Shown: one piece after another, positions 27,814-39,770 of the stretch
Layout: each line of letters starts with the position of its first letter
Position numbering within the stretch: position 1 is the first letter of the stretch
DNA from: Octopus sinensis
Taxonomy: Eukaryota
Direction: 5' to 3'
NCBI RefSeq assembly: GCF_006345805.1
Contig: NC_043023.1
Location: forward strand, 5,394,001 to 5,458,000
Length of the DNA: 64,000 bases
The notes under the pieces: model-generated
What the model saw: only the letters and a program-made list of their open reading frames with translations
What the model was told of the DNA's origin: nothing
Databases searched by the model: none
Position numbers and translations under genes: made by a program

Positions 27814-28013
27814 AATTGCAGCGTGGAAGGTGTTTGTAAGCCATTTAAGAAACACACAAAATCCGTTAGATTCACTTCAACATTTAAATTTAATTTGTCA
27901 AAATATTTTTGGTGCTTTGAGACCGCGACCTGTTCACTGATGCAGCACAAAGTGAATCTAACGGGTTTTGTGTGTTTCTTAAATGGCTTATAAACACCTT
28001 CCACACTGCAATT
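27814..28013. repeat. Foldback/MITE: 64-bp inverted arms, 72-nt spacer
   Basis: aattgcagcgtggaaggtgtttgtaagccatttaagaaacacacaaaatccgttagattcactt versus 27950-28013. Confidence 0.9.
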
Positions 28014-28562
28014 GTTTTCGTTCCAGCACACAATCTCAGATCAGGTCACTCGCTATGCAAGTACATCTCTGTAATTTATATATATATATATAATAATTGA
28101 TGAAGGAAACAGAAGATAGATTTGGCACTAGTCTTTATTCAGAACAACAATCGTTTCAATCCATCCTGCAATTGTCCACCGCTATGGGTAGGATTTTGTG
28201 CATGTAATTGCATCACATCAGATACATGCACAAAGAAGGGAATGTCCCTCTAGATATACTGAGATGTCTTAGGCATGTTGTTCGTACCTGTTACACACTA
28301 ATTGACATATACCCATTAGTCTAACAAATAAAATATATATATATTCGTGTTATAGTATTAATTGATAGTAGGAGATGGATTTCGTATTAGACTTTAATTA
28401 GGTACAACATATGTTTTGACTCTTCAGTCTGGGTCGCGTCAGGTACATTGATGAAGGAGTCTTACTGGATACTTTTTGTGTCGGCTTGTTGTTATATGTC
28501 CATCTGGTTCAAGAATGATAAAAGTTAAAAACAAAAAATTTATATATATATGTATAGGCATA

Positions 28563-28924
28563 GGAGTGGCTGTGTGGTAAGTAGCTTGCTTACCAACCAC
28601 ATGGTTCCGGGTTCAGTCCCACTGCGTGACACCTTGGGCAAGTGTCTTCCACTATAGCCTCGGGCCGACCAAAGCCTTGTGAGTGGATTTGGCAGACGGA
28701 AACTGAAAGAAGCCCATCGTATATTAGTATATATATATATATAAAATAATATGTTACATTACTCAATAGTCAAGATAAAAACTCTGAGTTTCAGATGCCG
28801 AAGTGGAAATCCACAACACCATCTCTGGCCAGATAACCGAAGAGATGGTGTTGTGGATTTCCACTTCGGCATCTGAAACTCAGAGTTTTATCTTGACTAT
28901 ATATATATATATATATTATATATA

Positions 28925-28955
<31 letters not shown>

Positions 28956-29026
28956 ACGGGAAGCTTTATGAAAATAGACAAAAGACGAAGGCAGGTTTAC
29001 GGAAATAAACAAAGACGAAGGTAGGT

Positions 29027-29092
<66 letters not shown>

Positions 29093-29316
29093 GTATATAT
29101 ATATGTGTTTGTATTTGTGTGCCTGTGTTTGTTCCCCCAACATCACTTGACAACCGATGCTGGTGTGTTTACGTCCCCGTAACTAGCGGTTCAGCAAAAG
29201 TGACCGATAGAATAAGTACTAGGCTTACAAAGAATAAGTCCCAGGGTCGATTTGCTCGACTAAAGGCGGTGCTCCAGCATGGCCGCAGTCAAATGACTGA
29301 AACAAGTAAAAGAGAG
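28563..29316 (+). mobile_element. Family A SINE with two inserts in its central (TA)n
   Basis: Head 28563-28720, body ~29110-29316. Hairpin 28766-28900 and ~75-bp insert ~28956-29030 lie between them. Confidence 0.88.
28766..28900. repeat. Near-perfect inverted repeat (~60-bp arms, 14-nt loop) nested in a SINE microsatellite
   Basis: atagtcaagataaaaactctgagtttcagatgccgaagtggaaatccacaacaccatctct and its reverse complement at 28841-28900 (one-T indel). Confidence 0.95.
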
Positions 29317-31948
29317 TATGCACTGATATATAGATACACATCAGAATACTTTTTCCAAATTTCAAGTTTCATTCTGTAGATATAAATGTGCGATCTTTAA
29401 CAAGTATGCGTGATTGTGCCCCCATCAGTTAAAAAAAAAATTTTTTTATCATATTAAATTCTGACTCAGTAATAATTTATGCCATCTGAAAGGTATTTGT
29501 AGAAAATTTCATTCAAAAAGGGCAGTTCTTTTCTGTAAGTGACGAGGAAATAAGGCTGGCATGAGTGAATTTTCTGAAACTACCCTTCCCATCCTTGGAA
29601 AATAATTTTCACAACAAATATCCATGTTAGCTGAATCTACACCATCTGAAGTGGGTTTGTAGAAAATTTAATTGAAAAATATTAATTTTTCTGAAGGTTG
29701 CAAAAAAACAAAGTTGTGATTGGGGCACGTTTGTGTAGTTATACTTTATTCTTTACAAGGACTTCGTATATGTTTTTACCTACAAAAGCGTGCCCAGACT
29801 TCAAGCTAGGCATACCTACATAACTGTGCCTCATCACTGAATTTGTCTCCTCATAACTTTCATAATTATGAATGAATTTTTAAAAAAATAAAACTTTGTA
29901 CAAATACACTTCAGATGTAGATTACGATTATACCGGGATTTAGTATGATAAAATAAAATTGGTGAGCTCGTACACATTCAGCTACAAATTAAAACTTGAA
30001 ATTTCGAAAAAAAGTTATGATGTCTGTCAGTATGTATAAGTGCGAGTCCATTAATTTATTACATTTTTTCAATATTTAATTCCAGTATAATCGTAATCTA
30101 TATCATATGAAGCGAACTTGTACAAATCTTCAATAAAAAATACCAAAGCCTTGTGAGTGGATTTGGTGGACGGAAACTGAAGGAAGCCCGTCGTGTCTGT
30201 GCGTGTGTGTATGTATGTGTGTGCGTGCGTGTGTGTGTGTGATTGTAGGTCAGTGTTTGACCCCACCAACATCGTTTGACAACCGATGCTGGTGCGTTTA
30301 CGTCACCGTAACTTAGCGGTTCGGCTAGGAACCGATAGAATAAGTACAAGGCTTACAAAGAGTAAGCCCTGGGGTTGATTTGCTCGACTAAAAGGCGACG
30401 CTCCAGCATGGCCGCAGTCAAATGACCGAAAAAAAGTAAAAGAATAATTACGAAAGTTGTAAAAATACAAATTCAAGGTGGGCGGGCACATTTGTGTAGG
30501 TATGCCTTGTTCGGGGTTGGGGTACGTTTCTGTAGGTTTGCTCAGTAAAACATTACCAAGTACTGCGTAAATACGAAATAAACTTTTACGTCATAAGGCA
30601 TAACTACAGAAGTTGGGTGGGGCACGGTTGTGTAGGTTTGCTTGTTATTGTTGCATTTAGACGGGGATTATTTCTCGAACAGTGACAGTTTGTTTGTTTG
30701 TTTTTCTTTTTCAATGAATCGACTTTATCTGAAGTGAATCTAAACCATTACAACCACTTCTGAAGTTTTAAAGGTCATTTCTTGCATTTTATCCCCAAAT
30801 AGGTCGTCATATGGTACTCGGGGTTGGCGGGGAGGATACAAGACCCGAACCAATATATGACTCACACACAAATATCTACATACATGCATTTAGACACTAA
30901 ACGTAGTATTTCGATATACACACACACGCTGACAGACACATAAACACGTATTTGAAAACATACATACACACACGGCTCTGTGGTAAGTAGCTTGCTAACC
31001 AACCACATGGTTCCGGGTTCAGTCCCACTGCGTGGCATCTTGGGCAAGTGTCTTCTGCTATAGCCCCGGGCCGACCAATGCCTTGTGAGTGGATTTGGTA
31101 GACGGAAACTGAAAGAAGCCTGTCGTATATATGTATATGTATGTGTGTGTGTGTATATGTTTGTGTGTCTGTGTTTGTACACCCTAGCATTGTTTGACAA
31201 CCGATGCTGGTGTGTTTACGTCCCCGTAACTTAGCGATTCGGCAAAAAGAGACCGATAGAATAAGTACTGGGCTTACAAAAGAATAAGTCCCGGGGTCGA
31301 TTTGCTCGACTAAAGGCGGTGCTCCAGCATGGCCGCAGTCAAATGACTGAAACAAGTAAAAGAGTAAAGAGTATACGTAATATCACACGCTGTACAGTAC
31401 ACCCTTTCACATATTCACGCCCACACACGCAACATTCACACACTGACACATTCACACAATCACACACAGTAAATGATTCATACAGTACACCCATTCACAC
31501 ACACACTCCCTCTCTTTCTCTCACCCTCTCTCTCTTTCCCCTCTCTTTCTCTCTCTCTCTCTTACATAAAAATCCCGCCTCTCTTTCAGACTTTAGTTCA
31601 GAGTAATAAACAACTTCGAGACAGCACAGACTTGAAACCTGAATCGCTCCCCAGCCGTTTGTGCTTCGCGAATTGCTTCTGCCACAACTGGTCGTAACAA
31701 ATAAGGGATTAATTACAAACCAGAACACTGATTAATTGTTTTAATTAATCAAGGATTTGAAAAATAACAGACGATTAATAAGCAGAAGTAAGTTATAGCT
31801 TCCGTCTATTTTAATTTGTTGTAATTATATAAATGTTTTTGCTGTTGTGGTTACTGTCGTTCATTAGCCCCGGGTCAGTCCTGATCCAACAGATCTAGGA
31901 TGTGAGATATTCCGAACGTGACCATCCCGTCTTTTATTCAGACATACC

Positions 31949-32178
31949 TATTTCTTTACTACCCACAAGGGGCTAAACACAGAGGGGACAATCAAGGACA
32001 GACATAGGTATTAAGTTGATTGCATCGACCCCAGTGCGTAACTGGTACTTATTTAATCGACCCCGAAAGGATGAAAGGCAAAGTCGACCTCGGCGGAATT
32101 TGAACTCAGAACGTAACGGCAGACGAAATACCGCTGAGCATTTCGCCCGACGTGCTAACGTTTCTGCCAGCTCGCCGC
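31949..32178 (-). mobile_element. Family B SINE, full length, with ~18-bp TSD
   Basis: Reverse of ggcggcgagctggcagaaacgttagc...gttcaaattccgccgaggtcgactttgcctttcatcctttcggggtcgat.... TSD cttttattcagacatacc at 31931-31948 and 32179-32196. Confidence 0.9.
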
Positions 32179-32474
32179 CTTTTATTCAGACATACCGTAC
32201 CAAGGACTATTTTATCTTTCTAATGAGTAATATAGCAGCTTGTATTTGTGACTATAATTGTTGTTTGGTCCCAGGTCAGTCCTGAGCCAACAGTCCTTTG
32301 ATGTAAGATGTTCCGGACATGAGCATCCCATCGGTTAATGCTTGGTGTAAACATTAACGTCCCGTCTTTTATTCATACATAGTGTATCATATAGTAACTA
32401 TCATAAGTGGGGCGAATGTAAAGAATACGCACACACAGTCTTAAATTCTCACGATATATATGTGTGTGTGTGTC

Positions 32475-32672
32475 ATTGACCGCGTGTGTACCGTTGGCGA
32501 TTGTTTTTTTTCCTCCGTCTTCCCTTCTCTGGATCTTTCCTCTTCCTATGTTTCTGACGAAGAGCTCCGTTCGAAACGTTAAACCCTTCTTCTTCCCTTC
32601 CTTCCTGAGCGTCCAATAATACTATATTTGTTCCACGTCCTCGCGTTGTGTTTTCATGTTTGGATTAACTAT
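32475..32672 (+). mobile_element. Short Penelope-pLTR-like repeat (family F1); other copies at ~43224-43416 and ~57922-58025
   Basis: Three collinear copies sharing ctgacgaagagctccg(c/t)tcgaaacgttaaaccc...cctgagcgtccaataatacta, all abutting (TA)n. Confidence 0.7.
32550..32584 (+). ncRNA. Minimal type I hammerhead ribozyme motif
   Basis: GUUU-CUGACGA-A-GAGC(ucc)GUUC-GAAA-CGU-U-AAAC: stem I GUUU/AAAC, stem II GAGC/GUUC, palindromic ACGU helix III, GUU cleavage triplet. Confidence 0.6.
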
Positions 32673-32881
32673 ATATATATATATATTACTCTTTTTCTCT
32701 TTTACTTGTTTCAGTCATTTGACTGCGGCCATGCTGGAGCACTGCCTTTTTTTAGTCGAGCAAATCGACCCCGGGACTTATACTAAGCCCAGTACTTATT
32801 CTATCGGTCTCTTTTGCCGAACCGCTAAGTGACGGGGACGTAAGCACACCAGCATCGGTGTCCCCCATGCTAGGGGAACAA

Positions 32882-32958
<77 letters not shown>

Positions 32959-33533
32959 TACGACAGGCTTCTTTCAGTTTCCGTCTACCAAATCCACTCA
33001 CAATGCATTGGTCGGCCCGGGGCTATAGCAGAAGACACTTGCCCAAGATGCCACGCAGTGTGTGTGTGTGTATATATGTATGTGTGGGTGTATATGTAGC
33101 CGGTCAATCGGTTTTACGCTCGAGAAAGTGAAAATTTGTTCGGCAAGGTATTAGCATATATGCCGGAGCCTCGTGAAGCTTTAGGCGTTTTCGCTCAATA
33201 AACACACACAACGCCCGGTCTGGGAATCGAAACCACGATCCTACAACCGCTGCCCTAATCACTGGGCCCTTGCGCCCCCCCCACACACACACACAGACAC
33301 GCATACACACACACACACGCACACATACACGGGTGGGGCAGAATGAGTAATTTCTGTCCTTTTTTTTGTCATTTAACCACACGTAATACAGTTCTGTATT
33401 TAAGAAATGAGGAATTATTTATATTTAACGTATGTTTGTCCCCATCCTGTTTCTTCGGCTGATATAGCCAAGACACCTGATGAAGGCTTGGCGGGTATCT
33501 CAGCCGAAACAGACAAGATGGGGACAAATATCC

Positions 33534-33971
33534 GTCTAATGTAAATAATTCTTCCCAAGTTTTCGAAATCATTACATTGCAAGTATTGCGTCATTATTTT
33601 GTCCTGGTGCACCATACTTAAGAATAAAAATTGGTCAGCATAGTTGTTAAGTTCAGACAGTTCGAAACATAAGAAATAGGTCCTCTTTTTCCAAGAAATT
33701 TTCGTCTGGGGAGTGTTCAATTACTTTCACGTTAGGTTCACAAGCAGGTTGTTTCTGTTGATCGGAATGCGAGTATATATGTGTACAACACTCCCCCAGA
33801 CGAAAATTTCTTGGAAAAAGAGGAGCTACCGCTTATGTTTCGAACTGTCTGAACTTAACAACTATGCTGACCAATTTTTATTCTTAAGTATGATGAACCA
33901 GGACAAAATAACGACGCAATACTTGCAATGTAATGATTTCGAAAACTTAGGAAGAATTATTTACATTAGAC
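33534..33971. repeat. Foldback: ~184-bp inverted arms (33534-33717 / 33787-33971), 69-nt spacer
   Basis: ORFs 33415-33720(-) and 33713-34012(+) give nearly the same peptide because the arms are reverse complements. Confidence 0.93.
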
Positions 33972-34488
33972 ATATATATGTTTCAACGCAGGAGTGGTTG
34001 TGTGGTAAGTAGCTTGTTTACCAACCACATGGTTCCGGGTTCAGTCCCACTGCGTAGCACCTTGGGCAAGTGTCTTCTACTAAGCCTCGGGCCGACCAAA
34101 GCCTTGTGAGTGGATTTGGTAGACGGAAACTGAAAGAAGCCTGTCGTATACATGTATATATATGCGTGTGTGTGTGTCTGTGTTTGTTTCCCTAGCATTA
34201 GTTGACAACCGATGCTGGTGTGTTTATGTCCCCGTTACTTAGCGGTTCGGCAAAAGAGACCGATAGAATAAGTACTGGGCTTACAAAAGAATAAGTCCCG
34301 GGGTCGAGTTGCTCGACTAAAGGCGGTGCTCCAGCATGGCCGCAGTCAAATGACTGAAACAAGTAAAAGAATAATGAAAGGGTAAAATTAATTAATTAAT
34401 TAATAATTATTAATTTTACTACGTAGTTCGGTACGTTAAAATAACCTTTTTAGGTAAAATTATACAAATATTCTATAATTATAAACAT

Positions 34489-34637
34489 AATTATAATTAG
34501 GGGTCAGCTAATTGCTTCGCCCTGCACCGAATTTAGAAATAGGAGTTAAAATACCTTTTCCGCTACTATAAATATTTTAACACCTTTTTCTAAATTCGGT
34601 GCCTGGCGAAGCAATTAGCTGACCCCTGATTATAATT
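34489..34637. repeat. Hairpin MITE-like element (~65-bp arms, ~19-nt spacer)
   Basis: ggggtcagctaattgcttcgcc..gcaccgaatttagaaa and tttctaaattcggtgc..ggcgaagcaattagctgacccc. Confidence 0.88.
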
Positions 34638-35036
34638 GTTTATAATCTATTAACGGTTTTTTAAAAAAAAATAACTTGCTAGCATTCCCCTTCATCATAT
34701 ACGCGGTAATCACATTCGGTTAAAATGACTTATTGATGTGTTTTGTTTCCCTGATGAGATGATTGCATTGTTTTACATAATTTCTATTCCCTCCGGAATG
34801 ATCTCAATGCTTTCTTCGAAACATATGTTGGAAGTATAAATGATTTGAGTGACACCTTCGTTTGACTCCATTTCTTAATTTATCAATGTTATACAAAAAC
34901 ATTTCACTTAACCCTGGAATTTCTACCTTTATAAGTAGGTTGTAATATCCTTGACACTTATGTGAATTTTTGCTACCCTGGTAACTATTTATGTTTTCTT
35001 TGTTATTTGTACACATTGAAAAAATACACATACATT

Positions 35037-35102
<66 letters not shown>

Positions 35103-35332
35103 ACACAGGGTTGGCCCAAAATCATCTGACAGTAAATCAAAATTCCATAAATACTCTCTGTAATTCTGTATTGACTTGAATGGGAAAATGTGTCACTCAA
35201 GAAGGACTTCAGTTTGAATAATTTTCATGATGTTTCATGTTTAGATGCTTTTATTAAATTCATTCAGTTGTTTAACATAAATAAACCTTGGAAGTAAATG
35301 GTTTTGATTTACTGTCAGGGGACTATTAGCCA

Positions 35333-35334
<2 letters not shown>

Positions 35335-35379
<45 letters not shown>

Positions 35380-35731
35380 CCAAGCAATACATGTCTCAGG
35401 GCCTCAAGATTGCTTGGAGACACAAAGCATACTATACAAATTTGCCTAATCTCAGTAGATATATAAAATTTAACAGACAAATTATTTAAAATAAGAGCTA
35501 TTAATAGATTTTTTTATTGGCATATATATGTGTGGCAATACATTACATATATACATACACACACACATACTCTCTCTTTTACTCTTTTACTTGTTTCAGT
35601 CATTTGACTGTAGCATGCTGGAGCACTGCCTTTAGTCGAGCAAATCGACCCCGGGACTTATTCTTTGTAAGCCCGTACTTATTCTATCAGTTTTTTTGCC
35701 GAACCGCTAAGTGACGGGGACGTAAACACAC

Positions 35732-35777
<46 letters not shown>

Positions 35778-36333
35778 TACGACAGGCTTCTTTCAGTTTC
35801 CGTCTACCAAATCCACTCATAAGGCATTGGTCGGCCCAGGGCTATAGCAGAAGACACTTGCCCAAGATGCACGCAGTGGGACTGAACCCGGAACCATGTG
35901 GTTGTTTAGCAAGCTACTTACCACACAGCCACTCCTGCGCCTATATATATATAATATATATGTGTGTGTGTGTGTCCAAGCAATACATGTCTCAGGGCCT
36001 CAAGATTGCTTGGAGACACAAAGCATACTATACAAATTTGCCTAATCTCAGTAGATATATAAAATTTAACAGACAAATTATTTAAAATAAGAGCTATTAA
36101 TAGATTTTTTTATTGGCATATATATGTGTGGCAATACATATACATAATACATACACACACACATACTCTCTCTTTTACTCTTTTACTTGTTTCAGTCATT
36201 TGACTGTAGCCATGCTGGAGCACTGCCTTTAGTCGAGCAAATCGACCCCGGGACTTATTCTTTGTAAGCCCGTACTTATTCTATCAGTTTTTTTGCCGAA
36301 CCGCTAAGTGACGGGGACGTAAACACACCATAC

Positions 36334-36379
<46 letters not shown>

Positions 36380-36572
36380 ATATATATATATATAATATAT
36401 ATATATATATACGACAGGCTTCTTTCAGTTTCCGTCTACCAAATCCACTCATAAGGCATTGGTCGGCCCAGGGCTATAGCAGAAGACACTTGCCCAAGAT
36501 GCCACGCAGTGGGACTGAACCCGGAACCATGTGGTTGTTTAGCAAGCTACTTACCACACAGCCACTCCTGCG
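35335..36572. repeat. Tandem duplication of a ~605-630-bp unit (unique part plus minus-strand family A SINE)
   Basis: 35335-35939 and 35940-36572 are nearly identical, differing mainly in (TA)n length and single-base indels. Confidence 0.93.
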
Positions 36573-37386
36573 CCTATATATATATAATATATATGTGTGT
36601 GTAATAATTTACAGAAAACGAAAAACGAAGTCCTTCTTTTCACTATTTCATCATCATCGTTTTTAGCAATAATTCTGGAAATTCCCCACTGGGGAAATTG
36701 GATCTTAAGGCCGTGAGCTGGCAGAATTACTAACGTGTCGGGCGAAATGCTGAGCGGCAATTTTTTTCTGACTCTTTACATTCTAAGTTCAAATACTGCT
36801 GGGATCAATTTTGCTTTTCAGTTTTTTCGGGGGTCTATAAAACAAGTGCAAAATTACATAAGACCTACATTTAAGAAAAAAAGCAATCAATCGGTTTTTG
36901 TCTCCGTAAACTGAAAACATTTGTTCGGCAAGTTCCGTATAAAATTTTTATTTCTTTAATGTTTATTTTTTTGCAGCTGAACTGTGAAAAACATGACTCC
37001 AACCGTGACACACACGCCAACACACTCGCGCACACATATATAGATACACATACATAGAAATGAAAGACAATTAATGTGTGTGTGAGTGCGACCGTGCTTT
37101 TTACTGTTCGACCACAAACAAACATTAAAGTAATAAAAAATTTATACGGAATTTGCCGAACAAATACTTTCCCTTCTCGGAGACCATGGCAACATAAATA
37201 AATAATAATCTGGTGAAAATCTGAAAAACTTCAAAAATTTTAAATGCCCCCCACCACCACCACACGATGTACCCATCTGTTGAAAGATAAAGATATGGTA
37301 AAATTCACACTTACGTAGATATATATATACACACACGTGGTGGATAGTTTTGCCAAATTGAGTCCTTGAGTCTTAAATTCTAATAA

Positions 37387-37790
37387 TAATAATAATAATT
37401 GTGTACAGTGCTCAGGTGCACTACAACTCATCTAAAGTGTATATATAATCAGGTGTAGTTTCGGCGGATTTCGGAAAGCATGAGGGCCTTAAAAGATGCA
37501 GTGTCATGGCAATCAACAACTGACGCAGGCAGTTTATTCCATGCTTCAGCAACTCTGAGCGTGAAAAAATGTTTCCGAAAGTCATGGGAGCTGTATTGTT
37601 TTCTGACTTTGTAGGCATGTCCACGTGTGTTAGACACATGGAGATCAAAAAGGTGTTCAGTGTTGTTGTTGGTGAGGTGGTTGATAACTTTGTGGGTATA
37701 TACTTCGGGTCTTGAAGTGGGTATATATATATGTGTGTGTGTGTTTCTTCGTCTTAACGTAGAATAGCTATAAACGTCGGTCAACGGTTT
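37387..37790 (-). mobile_element. CR1/L2-group LINE 3' end
   Basis: ORF 37449-37784: SNTRGHAYKVRKQYSSHDFRKHFFTLRVAEAWNKLPASVVDCHDTASFK. (aat)n tail. A related shorter tail lies at ~58045-58310. Confidence 0.85.
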
Positions 37791-37894
37791 TAAAAAACGA
37801 AATTAATTTTTCTGAAGAAAATGAAACTAAATTGAGGTAGAAATCGGAAATGACAACAACGATACGTCAAAATTCTTAAAGACATTTTTAAATA

Positions 37895-38396
37895 CCGTAA
37901 ATCCTCGAGTATAGTCCGCCCTTGAGTATAATACGCAGGGGATTTTTAGAGGGCTGTACCTCTGAAAAACCTAAACCTTGTGTATAATACGCACCCCTTC
38001 TCTAACCTGAGTCAAGGAGGTCTATATAACGTCTTTGGTTTGTAAAAATGTATACGGTAACGTCCTTTATTGTATATATAATATAATGCAAGCGTGTAGC
38101 TTTTTTGTGCATTTTGTTTGCAGAAAATAAAGAAATAACAGTAATAATGTTTAATAAATGTTGCTTACTGCAAGTTATGGATGATTCTTTTATGACTTCA
38201 TTGCTTTCAGGCTTAGCTTAAGGGATTTTCGCACCCGACATCACAAAATGTGTCTGAATAAACATTGCCGGACAGCAAATAGAGACTTGGACATGGCTTA
38301 TAAAATTTTCATTTTTAACCTCGTATATAGTACGCACTAGGGATTTTGACCTTTAAATTTTGGGGGGGGATGCGGATTATACTTGAGGATTTACGG
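37895..38396. mobile_element. Second copy of the same MITE, opposite orientation
   Basis: TA-CCGTAAATCCTCGAGTAT...ATACTTGAGGATTTACGG-TA. The interior is the reverse complement of 20752-21263. Confidence 0.85.
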
Positions 38397-38789
38397 TAGA
38401 TGGTTGGACTTCCTACATGCTCATGAAGTTGGATTTGTTAATCATTCACTGAGTTTTGTTGATCTAAACGATGAGAAGTGTGATGGATGCTCGCAAAGAA
38501 GAAACTCATGCGATAATGTGGGAATAGTGATATATTGACATCATATTTTCATAAGCATGTGTGGCGGAACAATTTCAGAGATTGTGAAAAACTATTTATG
38601 AATCTTATTTCGGTCATGAAGAGGTGATATATTTTGCCTTAAATGTGAATGTTTTCATCTTATATAAAATATTTACGGTTTTCATGTTATATTAAATCTA
38701 TTTAATGACAATATTCTTTTATTCTTTTAATTGTTTACTTTTATTCTTTTACTTGTTTACCGCCTTTGGTCAACCAAATCGACCTCAGG

Positions 38790-39770
38790 ACACGGGAACC
38801 AGTCAGGCGGCACTATCATTGACCACGTTTGGTTGGTGCTTTTTACATGTCACTAGCATGGGAACCAGTCAAGGGGCACTGGCATTGATCACATTCCGAT
38901 GGTGCATTTTATGTGCCACCAGTACGGAAGCCAGTCAGGCGGCACTCGCCACTGCTACGATTTCCATTTTACTTGACCCAACAGGTCTTCTCAAGCATAT
39001 CATATCACCCAATGCTTCAAGGGTACTTTTAAATGTGCCAATCCTGCAACACTGGCATCAGTCATGGCTGCGATTTCACTTTACTTGCCGGGTCTTCCCA
39101 ATCATAGCATATCTCCAAAGGTCTTGGTCTCTTGTCATTGCCTCTGTGAGGCCCAACATTTGAAGGTCATGCTTCACCACCTCATCTCCTGGGTCTACCT
39201 CTCCCATAGGTTCCTTCCACTCTTAGGGAGTGGCACTTCCTCACACAGCTGTCCTCATCCATACATAACACATGGCCATATCAGCACAGTCATCTCTCTT
39301 GCACACCACATTTGATGCTTTTCATGCCCAACTTTTCTCTCAGGGTGCTTACACTCTGTTCATGTATGCACACTGACATTGCACATCCAGCAGATCATAC
39401 TAGTTTCATTTCTTTTAAGCCTACGCATGTCCTCAGCAGTTATTTGTGGCCCATATTTCACTACTGTGTAGCATGGCTGTTTGCACACATGCATCATACA
39501 GTCTACCTTTCACCTTGAGTGAGAGGCCCTTAATTGCCAGCAGAAGTAGGAGCTCTCTGAACTTTGCCCAGGCTATTCTTATCCCAGCTGCTACACTCTC
39601 AGAGCAATCACTCCCACTGCAGACTTGGTCGCCTAGGTAACAGAAGCTATCAACTACTTCTAGTTTTTCCCCCTGGCATGTGACAGAAGCTGTTTTCTGT
39701 ACATCTTTGGTGTTTATTATCCCTGTGCAACTATCTGCCTGGTTAACCTTCCTTTGATATTGCTGCACCT
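38790..39770 (-). mobile_element. RTE-clade LINE, 5'-truncated (RT C-terminal region plus repetitive 3'UTR)
   Basis: ORF 39433-39768: [17 protein letters not shown]...RIAWAKFRELL...[22 protein letters not shown]. Confidence 0.88.

Larger units (their letters stand above)
30143..34372. mobile_element. Family A SINE copies at 30143-30445 (+), 30974-31372 (+), 32687-33060 (-), 33991-34372 (+) (region also contains other features)
   Basis: Head/body motifs. Confidence 0.8.

Noticed and set aside
38705-39640. Plus-strand ORFs over the RTE copy
   Set aside because: Antisense to RT and 3'UTR repeats.
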